Origin: an uncultured Desulfurellales bacterium
Lineage (GTDB): Bacteria > Campylobacterota_A > Desulfurellia > Desulfurellales > Hippeaceae
Reading direction: 5' to 3'
NCBI GenBank assembly: GCA_964522785.1
Contig: CAZFWO010000001.1
Location: 32,850-80,558, forward strand
DNA length: 47,709 bases
The position numbers and the translations under genes were made by a program. Of the stretch, positions 40,152 through 47,709 are shown piece by piece (within the stretch, counting starts at the first letter, position 1; each line of letters begins with the position of its first letter). The notes under the pieces were generated by a model. That model was not told the origin of the DNA and made no database searches. It saw only the letters and a program-made list of their open reading frames with translations.

Positions 40152-41499
40152 TTACAAGTTCTCTTAGTATGTTGTTTATACTTCCTGCTCCAAGACCGAC
40201 GATAATGCCCTCCCCTTCTATTTGGTTGAGAAATTTTCTCAATGAATTTACGTTTCTAATGTACAGGGCATTTGAACTTATCTCGTTTATTTTATCTGAT
40301 AAGATTTCAGAATCTATACCCTCTATAGGTTTTTCAGATGCTGAATATATGTCTAAAACAAAGACCTTTTTTACTTTTTTAAAACTTTTTGCAAAATCAT
40401 CCATCAAATATGATATGCGTGAGAATCTGTGGGGTTGAAAAATGGCATATACATTATTTGATAGCAATCTTGCTGTTGATATGGTAGCTTTAATTTCTGT
40501 CGGGTGGTGGGCATAATCATCGTATACCCTAAAATTTTTGTAATTTCCAACAAATGTAAACCTTCTATCCACACCCTTAAATTCTGCAAAGGTTTTTCTT
40601 AGAATATCTTCTTCGATTCCAAGAATTTCTGATATTGCAATAACTGATAAAGCGTTGGATACGTTGTGCAAACCTATAATTCCAAGTTCCATTTTGTCCA
40701 GTATCTTTTTGTTGGTTTTAACATCAAAGTAGCTTTTGTTGTTTTTCGTTTCTATATTATAAGCATACACGTCTGCTTTTTTATTTTGTGTACTGTATGT
40801 AACAACATTCTGATAATTGTTTTTTGAATGCTTAATTATGGGGTCATCGATATTTAAAATTTTAATATGTGAGTTGTTTATAAAATCCATAAAAGCCAAT
40901 TTTTCATTCTCAAAATTACCATAAAACCTTAAGTGGTCGTTATCCACATTGGTAACAACACCTATGTAGGGATCAAGTAATAAAAAACCACCATCGCTTT
41001 CATCAGCTTCTATAATAAAATAGTCACTTTTACCTATTATGATATTGTTGTTAATGTTTCTGAGTTTTCCACCTATGAGAGCGGTCGGATCTCTATGTGC
41101 TTCCTGTAAGAGAGAAGCACATAGAGACGTTGTTGTTGTTTTTCCGTGTGAACCAGCTATGGCAATGGATTTTTTAGAATTAACCACATACGCCAGCAGT
41201 TGATATCTTTTTATTATGGGAATATTCATTTTTTTTGCATATACAACCTCGATATTATCGTCCTTTATAGCGGATGATACAATAACAGCATCAATATTTT
41301 CCCCTATATTTTCTATAGAATGTCCTATACTTATTTTTATGCCAAGTTCTCTAAGCTTGCCGATTGATGCATTTTCGTTAATATCTGAACCTGTGACTTT
41401 ATAGTTTTTTGACACCATATATTGTGCAAGCGAACTCATACCTATTCCGCCGATACCTATAAAATGAAGCTTTTTTGCTTCTTTGATAATATTATTCAC
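40132..41499 (-). CDS. murC: UDP-N-acetylmuramate--L-alanine ligase
   Basis: HFIGIGGIGMSSLA and IAGSHGKTTTTSL Mur ligase motifs. Confidence 0.96.
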   Translation of the reverse strand: MNNIIKEAKKLHFIGIGGIGMSSLAQYMVSKNYKVTGSDINENASIGKLRELGIKISIGHSIENIGENIDAVIVSSAIKDDNIEVVYAKKMNIPIIKRYQLLAYVVNSKKSIAIAGSHGKTTTTSLCASLLQEAHRDPTALIGGKLRNINNNIIIGKSDYFIIEADESDGGFLLLDPYIGVVTNVDNDHLRFYGNFENEKLAFMDFINNSHIKILNIDDPIIKHSKNNYQNVVTYSTQNKKADVYAYNIETKNNKSYFDVKTNKKILDKMELGIIGLHNVSNALSVIAISEILGIEEDILRKTFAEFKGVDRRFTFVGNYKNFRVYDDYAHHPTEIKATISTARLLSNNVYAIFQPHRFSRISYLMDDFAKSFKKVKKVFVLDIYSASEKPIEGIDSEILSDKINEISSNALYIRNVNSLRKFLNQIEGEGIIVGLGAGSINNILRELVNDNPKS

Positions 41500-42118
41500 T
41501 TAAATTTTCCTCTATAATAACAGCATTTGCGTATTTTTCATCTATATCTGAATCGATATCCTTAATAATTTTTACATTTTTTGGAAACTCTTCAGACTTT
41601 ATAACGTCTTCGTTTAACGGAGATACCACATTAATCTCATTCCATTTGTTGATTTCAGATATATCACTTCTGTTTTTTATAATCGGGATAAGTTCTATGC
41701 CCATAACGGCAGCTAAAAATTCTATCTCTTTTATAAATCTTTTATCGACATATCCTGGATGAAATATAACGCCGTCAAAGTTGAATATATTGAATAGGTA
41801 TAACTGATAATCCTCCAGTACTATGTCTTTTGCTATAACGCACAATTGTTTATTGACTCTTTTTACAATGGAAACCGTGTCCAATATAGCATCATAGGGA
41901 CTACTCTGTATATCAAGAACAACTATTGCCTCATCCTTTATATTGTAGAGTTTCTCTACATCTCTAATTTGAAGTATATTTTTAATTCCTTTGTCTATTT
42001 TTTCTGTGACACTTCTTGTCTCAATATAGAGTGAATTCAATCCTCTTTTTAAAAGATTCGGATTCAAATCTTTCTTCTTTTCTTCAATAAATCTTTTTTT
42101 GTTTTCTAACAAATCCAT
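41492..42118 (-). CDS. hypothetical protein with faint, degenerate indole-3-glycerol-phosphate-synthase (TrpC)-like barrel segment
   Basis: ATG 42118 with RBS GGGAGA inside the lgt 3' end is preferred over the listed TTG 42130. The segment IVVLDIQSS...VIAKDIVLEDYQLYLFNIFNFDGVIF...AAVMGIELIPII aligns by eye in spacing with the TrpC blocks LSILTE...KDFI..YQ...GAD.VLL...GME.LVE. The expected catalytic Glu/Lys positions are not all kept and the C-terminal quarter of the barrel is missing. Confidence 0.55.
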   Translation of the reverse strand: MDLLENKKRFIEEKKKDLNPNLLKRGLNSLYIETRSVTEKIDKGIKNILQIRDVEKLYNIKDEAIVVLDIQSSPYDAILDTVSIVKRVNKQLCVIAKDIVLEDYQLYLFNIFNFDGVIFHPGYVDKRFIKEIEFLAAVMGIELIPIIKNRSDISEINKWNEINVVSPLNEDVIKSEEFPKNVKIIKDIDSDIDEKYANAVIIEENLSE

Positions 42119-42119
42119 T

Positions 42120-42908
42120 TTATCTCCCAATTTTTTTGCAATTTGTATTTTTTAGCCTGAGCCCTAATTCTATTATGGCTACTAATATCATTAGCAAGCA
42201 TAGCCATTGACCCATAGTTAAATGATATATAAAACCTATCTGTACATCCGGCTGACGTGTAAATTCTATAAAAAATCGAAATATGCCATAAAGAAGTAGG
42301 AAGCAATAGAACATAACCCCTTCTTTCTCGATAAATTTATTCCTTAATTTTATCATAATAAGAAATAGTATCAAGCCCTCAAACAGCGCTTCATACAACT
42401 GCGAAGGATGGCGCGGAAGATATCCTCCATTTGGAAAAGCTATTGCCCAGGGAACATTTGTCACCCTGCCCCACAGTTCATCATTAATGAAATTTGCTAT
42501 ACGGCCAAAAAAAAGCCCTAACGGTACAATAACCACCACCTCATCTGCGAGTCTATAAAAGTTGATTTTATATTTTTTGGAAAGCAGTATTCCTGCTATT
42601 ATTGCGCCTATTAATCCGCCGTGGAAGCTCATCCCGCCTTTCCATATGTACAGCATATATACAGGGTGTTGCATATAATAAGGTAGGTTATATATTAATA
42701 TGTAACCTACCCTTCCACCAAGTATAACGCCAAAAATTGCATATATTAAAGCATCATCAATCAATTCCTTCTTGTTAAATTTCTGAAATCTGTTTTTTAT
42801 ATACAAATATCCCAGTATAAAACCCAATGCATAGGCAAGTCCATACCATCTTAAATGGATATTTCCTATACTGATAATGTTTGGATTAATATCAGGGTAC
42901 TTTAGCAT
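42120..42908 (-). CDS. lgt: prolipoprotein diacylglyceryl transferase
   Basis: GGMSFHGGLIGAIIAG and FGRIANFINDELWGRV motifs. Confidence 0.95.
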   Translation of the reverse strand: MLKYPDINPNIISIGNIHLRWYGLAYALGFILGYLYIKNRFQKFNKKELIDDALIYAIFGVILGGRVGYILIYNLPYYMQHPVYMLYIWKGGMSFHGGLIGAIIAGILLSKKYKINFYRLADEVVVIVPLGLFFGRIANFINDELWGRVTNVPWAIAFPNGGYLPRHPSQLYEALFEGLILFLIMIKLRNKFIEKEGVMFYCFLLLYGIFRFFIEFTRQPDVQIGFIYHLTMGQWLCLLMILVAIIELGLRLKNTNCKKIGR

Positions 42909-43659
42909 ACCTTTTTATTATAGGCATATATTTTAAATGTAGCTGTTTTTTAATCAACAGCGCTTCTTCTTTTGCAGCGGAATATCCGTTAATAGGTCCG
43001 ACCATTACACGTGTGAAGATTTTATTATTAACAATCTTAATCCTGCTGTAGGCATTATGCCCGCAACTCTTTAATTTTGAAACTGTTGCCGAGGCAAACC
43101 TTTTATTTAGATTGGATGTTACTTGAAGTACATATCTTCTCTTTATGTATTTGTGTTTATGAACAACAGCTTTATGTTTCTTGATGGCAGCATGCTTTTC
43201 GTACTCTGTATGTCTATGTTGCGAGATTTTTTTAATACCTTTGTGTTTTTCAGCATTCTTTGGGGCATATGGATTTATTATTTGAGGTTCTGAGATTTCA
43301 GTTGTTTTGCTGCTGTTTACTGTTGTATTGTCTTCTGCTTTAGGTAGTTCGTATGTTTGAATTTGATTTTCTCCTTGTGCATTATCTACATTTTTAGTAG
43401 CAGGCTGATTAATCTGGTTATTTTCTTGCTGTCTGTTTGTTTCTTGTGAAGTATTGTAATTCTTATTTTCCATATATTTGCTAAAATCTTCTTTTGCATA
43501 ATTTTTCGGTGTGTGTTTTAGCGTGGATAGCATATAGACAGCAGCTACGCCCAAGATTAATACTACAACTATACCAATTATGATAGCTACAAGATTAGTT
43601 CCCTTTTTGTGTCCCTCTAACATTTCTTTAATTGTGTTTTTATTGGGTTTATTATCCAT
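42892..43659 (-). CDS. SPOR-domain membrane protein
   Basis: N-terminal TM (LVAIIIGIVVVLILGVAAVYML), a low-complexity Asn/Gln/Lys linker and a C-terminal SPOR-like fold (YVLQVTSNLNKRFASATVSKLKSCGHNAYSRIKI...FTRVMVGPINGYSAAKE). Confidence 0.7.
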   Translation of the reverse strand: MDNKPNKNTIKEMLEGHKKGTNLVAIIIGIVVVLILGVAAVYMLSTLKHTPKNYAKEDFSKYMENKNYNTSQETNRQQENNQINQPATKNVDNAQGENQIQTYELPKAEDNTTVNSSKTTEISEPQIINPYAPKNAEKHKGIKKISQHRHTEYEKHAAIKKHKAVVHKHKYIKRRYVLQVTSNLNKRFASATVSKLKSCGHNAYSRIKIVNNKIFTRVMVGPINGYSAAKEEALLIKKQLHLKYMPIIKRYAKVP

Positions 43660-43668
43660 ACAGACCTC

Positions 43669-45291
43669 CTACATTCTCTCTTTGGCTTCTACGCCTATTA
43701 AATCAAATCCCAGTTTAATAACATCTGCTACTTTGCTTAACAAAAACAGCCTTTCGTTTTGTTTGTCAGAGCCTATAACTCTGATATGGTTATAAAATCT
43801 ATGAAGATTCTCGGCTATATCAAGGAGCCCCTTTGTTATAAAGTACGGCTCAAGTTCTTCTTGAGCTTTACTAATAGAATCTTTGAACTTTATAATTGAT
43901 TTGGCGATATCAATCTCCTCCTTTAAATCCAATGTATTTATATCGATATCTTTTAAATCATTTTCTTTATCTAATTGTTTGAAGATGTTTTTGATTCTTG
44001 CATAAGCATACTGAACATAAAATACGGGATTTTCGTTTGTCTGTTTTTTTGCTAACTCCAAATCAAAATCGAGGTGGGAATTGACGCTGCGTGATAAAAA
44101 CATAAATCTTGCCGCATCAACACCAACCTCGTCTATTACACTGTCTAACTCTACAAATTCGGCTTTTCTTGTTGACATGGATATTCTTTGCGTGCCTCTT
44201 AAAAGATTGACTATTTGAACTAATATTACATTGAGTCTATTTTTGTCTAAGCCGAGTGCCTCTGTCGCAGATTGCATCCTTTTAACATATCCATGATGAT
44301 CTGCTCCCCATATATCAACAACCATATCAAACTTTCTATTAAGAAATTTATCTTTATGATAGGCTATATCGCTTGCAAAGTATGTATAGGAACCGTTGCT
44401 TTTTTTCAAAACCCTATCCTTATCGTCTCCGAATTTTGTAGTTGCAAACCATATCGCACCGTCTTTTTCATATATATAACCCTTGTTTCTTAAAAATTCT
44501 ATTGTATTGGAAACCTCATTGGAGTCATAGAGTTTTTTTTCATTAAAAAAGATATCGAATGAAACCCTAAAATTATTTAACGTTTCAACAATTTTATTCA
44601 GTATTATATCTCCGGCTATTTTTTGGCATATGCCTATAGCTTCGTTCTCATCTTTATTTATCAAAACATCGCCGTATTCATGCATTATCTGTTTTGCTAT
44701 GTCTATAAGGTATTCTCCATGATATCCACCTTGTTGTATGTCTTCATTAATTCCCAATATCTGTTTGTAGCGTATAAAGGTTGATAAGCCAAGCATTCTC
44801 ATCTGCAAGCCTGCATCGTTGATGTAGTATTCCTTTTCCACTTGATACCCGCAAAATTTTAGAATTCTTGCAATACTGTCACCTATAGCTGCGCCCCTAC
44901 CGTGCCCTATATGCAAAGGCCCGGTAGGGTTTGCACTTACAAATTCAACCTGCACCTTCTTTTTATCAATTTTCGGTTTGAAATAATCCATATTGTAGTC
45001 GATATTCTTTAATTCGTTGAATATAAAAGAGGGCTCCATATAGAAATTTATAAAACCCGGCTTTACTATATCAATTTTATTAAATACGTGACTATTCTGT
45101 GCAAAGTCAACAAACTCTTTTGCAATTTCAATAGGATTTTTTCTTAATTCTTTGGATAAAACCATAGCTATGTTTGTTGAATAATCGCCAAATTCCTCCT
45201 TTTTGGGATATTCTACAGCATATACGATTTTCTTGTTTATTCCCTTTAATGCAAGAAAATTATCAACTAATTTGGCTATTCTCTCTTTCAT
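43669..45291 (-). CDS. argS: arginyl-tRNA synthetase
   Basis: HIGH region VSANPTGPLHIGHGRGAAIGD, ArgRS N-terminal and anticodon-binding layout, 540 aa. Confidence 0.96.
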   Translation of the reverse strand: MKERIAKLVDNFLALKGINKKIVYAVEYPKKEEFGDYSTNIAMVLSKELRKNPIEIAKEFVDFAQNSHVFNKIDIVKPGFINFYMEPSFIFNELKNIDYNMDYFKPKIDKKKVQVEFVSANPTGPLHIGHGRGAAIGDSIARILKFCGYQVEKEYYINDAGLQMRMLGLSTFIRYKQILGINEDIQQGGYHGEYLIDIAKQIMHEYGDVLINKDENEAIGICQKIAGDIILNKIVETLNNFRVSFDIFFNEKKLYDSNEVSNTIEFLRNKGYIYEKDGAIWFATTKFGDDKDRVLKKSNGSYTYFASDIAYHKDKFLNRKFDMVVDIWGADHHGYVKRMQSATEALGLDKNRLNVILVQIVNLLRGTQRISMSTRKAEFVELDSVIDEVGVDAARFMFLSRSVNSHLDFDLELAKKQTNENPVFYVQYAYARIKNIFKQLDKENDLKDIDINTLDLKEEIDIAKSIIKFKDSISKAQEELEPYFITKGLLDIAENLHRFYNHIRVIGSDKQNERLFLLSKVADVIKLGFDLIGVEAKERM

Positions 45292-45294
45292 ATG

Positions 45295-45516
45295 TTATTT
45301 ATCCTCTGTCTTCTCTTTTGTAACCTCTGCTTCAATGGGCTTCGTTGTGTCGTCTTGTTTTTTCCCTTTATCTTCTTTATCTATATCCTTGACGGACTTT
45401 TTAAATTCCTTAATGCCTTTTCCTAACCCAGATCCTATTTCCGGCAGCTTTCTTGCACCAAAAATAATGATTAATATAATTAAAATAGGTAAGAGTTCTT
45501 GCCAGCTTGGCATCAT
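45295..45516 (-). CDS. tatA: twin-arginine translocase subunit TatA/E
   Basis: ELLPILIILIIIFGARKLPEIGSGLGKGIKEFKK is the canonical TatA TM plus amphipathic helix. RBS AGGGGGTG is upstream. Confidence 0.9.
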   Translation of the reverse strand: MMPSWQELLPILIILIIIFGARKLPEIGSGLGKGIKEFKKSVKDIDKEDKGKKQDDTTKPIEAEVTKEKTEDK

Positions 45517-45593
45517 TTCAGCACCCCCTAAAATTTCTTTAAAGTGTATTTATATAACGGAAAAAGTCAACAAAAGATTGTCTTGCACACACC

Positions 45594-45622
45594 TTGAAGT
45601 ATATATGATTTTTTGCTATTAT
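45594..45622 (+). promoter_or_regulatory. putative sigma70-type promoter of gpmA
   Basis: TTGAAG (45594-45599), a 17-nt spacer, then extended -10 TGcTATTAT (45614-45622). RBS AAGGAG is at 45641-45646 before ATG 45654. Confidence 0.45.
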
Positions 45623-45653
45623 ATAAGCAATTTTATATTAAGGAGTTAGCCTT

Positions 45654-46328
45654 ATGTCTTACCTTGTTCTTTTGAGGCATGGTCAATCAATATGGAATAA
45701 AAAAAATCTATTTACAGGTTGGGTTGATATTCCATTGAGCAGCGAAGGGATTGAAGAGGCGTTGTGTGCAGGAGAAAAGATGAAAGATCTATGTTTTAAT
45801 GAAATCTACACATCCGTTCTTATACGCTCGATACAAACTGCAATGTTGGCAATAAGTAAAATAGAGTGTGAAAAAATGCCTGTTATACAACATGACCGTG
45901 GAAAAATGAAACTATGGTCTAACATGAACAATAACTTTGAAATTGTTCCAGTTTATGAAGTGGAAGAGCTAAACGAAAGGTACTACGGTAAACTGCAGGG
46001 GAAAAACAAAAAACGGATGGCAGAAGAGTATGGAGAAGAACAGGTTCATATTTGGAGAAGAAGTTATGCAATACAGCCTCCTGGTGGCGAATCTCTAAAA
46101 AATAATTACGAAAGAACAATACCATTTTTCAAATCTACAATACTAAAAAAACTTTCAGAAAATAAAAATATATTGATTAGTGCTCATGGAAATAGTTTAA
46201 GGGCTATTGTAAAATATATAGAGAATATATCCGATGATGACATACCGAACTTTGAAATACCCACAGGTGTTCCTATTAGGTATGATTTTCAAGATGAAAA
46301 ATTTATAAGAAAGACGATACTAAAATGA
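45654..46328 (+). CDS. gpmA: 2,3-bisphosphoglycerate-dependent phosphoglycerate mutase
   Basis: LVLLRHGQSIWNKKNLFTGWVDIPLS and SAHGNSLRAIVKY histidine-phosphatase motifs. Confidence 0.9.
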   Translation: MSYLVLLRHGQSIWNKKNLFTGWVDIPLSSEGIEEALCAGEKMKDLCFNEIYTSVLIRSIQTAMLAISKIECEKMPVIQHDRGKMKLWSNMNNNFEIVPVYEVEELNERYYGKLQGKNKKRMAEEYGEEQVHIWRRSYAIQPPGGESLKNNYERTIPFFKSTILKKLSENKNILISAHGNSLRAIVKYIENISDDDIPNFEIPTGVPIRYDFQDEKFIRKTILK

Positions 46329-46744
46329 ACGAAGCACTGAAAAAATTTAATGAAACAGCCCATTTAAATGGCATAGAGGTAAAAAAGCTGAGAGATATAA
46401 AGGATGAACTGAAAAATCTTGGATATAACTACGAAGATTACTTCTCAAGCGGTGGCATATCTATCGTAAAAGCCCTATCCGCAAATGCAAAAGAGGCGAA
46501 TGTTCTACTTGATGTATCGGATGAAGAAAAGCTATCATGCATTATAGATACTGAAAAACTCATGATAATTGTAGATAAAAACAAAATCTTTAACACTATG
46601 CATGAGGCGTACAAAGAGGCGTATGCATCTAAAAGTTCCAACTATATGATATTTGTTTCTCAGGAAAGTAAAACAGCTGATATTGAAAAACAGCTTGTCA
46701 GTGGCGTTCATGGTGCAAAGAAGGTAGAGTTCGTGATAGTATGA
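46325..46744 (+). CDS. hypothetical protein (139 aa)
   Basis: The ORF is translationally coupled on both sides (ATGA overlaps with gpmA and the DUF815 gene). It has no recognisable motif. Confidence 0.6.
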   Translation: MNEALKKFNETAHLNGIEVKKLRDIKDELKNLGYNYEDYFSSGGISIVKALSANAKEANVLLDVSDEEKLSCIIDTEKLMIIVDKNKIFNTMHEAYKEAYASKSSNYMIFVSQESKTADIEKQLVSGVHGAKKVEFVIV

Positions 46745-47490
46745 TAGACATAAATTATATTTATTCGTTTAGATGGACTGCTGAGGGTCTAGAAAATATA
46801 GAGAATCCTGATTTGATTGAAGAAAGCGAGTTGCTTGAGATAGACAACCAAAAACATCTTGCAAAAAATAACGTAGAGGCATTTATATCAAATAAAGCAT
46901 GTTTAAATATGCTTTTGTGGGGAGAACGTGGTTGTGGTAAGTCTTCTTTGGTGAAAATGTTGCTTAATCTCTACAAAGATGCAGGCTTGCGTGTTGTTGA
47001 GCTACGCCAGGAAAATATAGAAAATATATATCACCTTTATAAAGAGATAAGAAGAAACAATAACTACAGCTTTATACTTTTTTTTGATGATATCTCTTTC
47101 GACCACAAGGATGTAAGATATAGAAAATTTAAGTCCATTTTAGAAGGCGGAATAGAAAAAACACCACAGAATGTTATGTTTGTTGCAACATCCAACAAGA
47201 GGCATCTGATAAAAGACGAGGCTCTTACAACCGATGATCTGTATTTTCATGATGAAGTTAATGAGCAGATGTCCCTATTTGGAAGATTTGGGCTTATTTT
47301 GGGATTCTATCCGCTATCAAAACAGCAGTTCTTAAACATAGTTAAATATTATGCAAATAGGTATAACCTAAAAACAGATGAAAATTGGGAAAAAGAAGCA
47401 GAAAGTTATGCAATAGCAAGGGGTGGCAGAAGCGGAAGGATAGCAAAACAGTTTGTAATATACAAAAAACTTATATCAAAGTCTGTTTAA
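46741..47490 (+). CDS. P-loop ATPase, DUF815/AAA-like
   Basis: Walker A LWGERGCGKSSLVK and Walker B ILFFDDISF, with a layout like the DUF815 family of conserved ATP-binding proteins. Confidence 0.75.
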   Translation: MIDINYIYSFRWTAEGLENIENPDLIEESELLEIDNQKHLAKNNVEAFISNKACLNMLLWGERGCGKSSLVKMLLNLYKDAGLRVVELRQENIENIYHLYKEIRRNNNYSFILFFDDISFDHKDVRYRKFKSILEGGIEKTPQNVMFVATSNKRHLIKDEALTTDDLYFHDEVNEQMSLFGRFGLILGFYPLSKQQFLNIVKYYANRYNLKTDENWEKEAESYAIARGGRSGRIAKQFVIYKKLISKSV

Positions 47491-47551
47491 TTTTTTACAA
47501 TAATGAGGCCACTGCATAGCATAAAATGATGTTCTTACAATTTCTTATCAA

Positions 47552-47619
47552 CCCAGCACCTATTTTCGCAAAAGACTTTTACTTTCTTGAAAGCTTTATT
47601 CACAAAAATAGGTGCTGGG
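47552..47619 (+). repeat. dispersed hairpin repeat, copy 2 (15-bp stem, 38-nt loop)
   Basis: CCCAGCACCTATTTT (47552-47566) pairs with AAAATAGGTGCTGGG (47605-47619). The loop equals the reverse complement of the copy 1 loop at 34 of 38 positions. Confidence 0.85.
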
Positions 47620-47630
47620 CTCAAAACTCA

Positions 47631-47683
47631 CCCGTCCCTATTCTCTTCATGAGATTACTTTAAAAGATATGAATAGGGACGGG
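47631..47683. repeat. second hairpin (13-bp stem, 27-nt loop) abutting repeat copy 2
   Basis: CCCGTCCCTATTC (47631-47643) pairs with GAATAGGGACGGG (47671-47683). GGGCTCAAA occurs at 47617-47625 and 47681-47689. Confidence 0.7.
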
Positions 47684-47709
47684 CTCAAACAGTTGAGATT
47701 TTTCCTTAT

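Noticed and set aside
46741-47490. DUF815 ATPase as a phage-defence AAA protein
   Set aside because: No associated effector, methylase or mobile-element genes are present. It is translationally coupled to gpmA and a small ORF, which looks like a housekeeping context.

Overview
AT-rich (roughly one-third G+C by eye), very tightly packed chromosomal segment of a diderm bacterium. The phylum cannot be proven from sequence alone; gene content and order resemble low-GC, thermophile-type lineages such as Deferribacterota, Aquificota or Thermodesulfobacteriota, which is a guess. Nt 1-30907 is an almost gap-free plus-strand run: valS (5' partial), a secreted unknown protein, a polysaccharide deacetylase, two glycosyltransferases, a macrodomain protein, livHMGF, nadK, recN, murG, parA, parB, an ArsB/NhaD-type permease, usp, then one clear promoter, atp(b'/b)-HAGDC, tolQRAB, two tandem pal genes, cpoB and dxs. 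Nt 30876-45516 is a minus-strand run: tatA, argS, a SPOR protein, lgt, an unknown ORF, murC, murB, ddl, ftsQ, ftsA, ftsZ, plsY, two DUF507-like ORFs, carA, lpxC, a 508-bp non-coding island and an NPPY methyltransferase. Nt 45654-47490 (plus) holds gpmA, an unknown ORF and a DUF815-type ATPase. I see no integrase, transposase, CRISPR array, tRNA, rRNA, toxin-antitoxin pair or recognisable defence operon, and I cannot honestly point to a convincing novel multi-gene system. The least explained sequence is the non-coding island at 31527-32034. It contains four tandem 34-bp units with 7-1-7 palindromes, a ~146-nt long imperfect hairpin, and a ~66-nt hairpin element. A second, inverted copy of that element sits at 47552-47619. 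Secondary oddities: livH has no canonical start codon, the tandem pal paralogues share a 73-bp identical tract, the atp operon (lacking a/c subunit genes) runs directly into tol-pal, murG is displaced from the dcw cluster, a degenerate TrpC-like ORF is translationally coupled to murC, and G7/G6/G8 tracts lie in the permease-usp pair.
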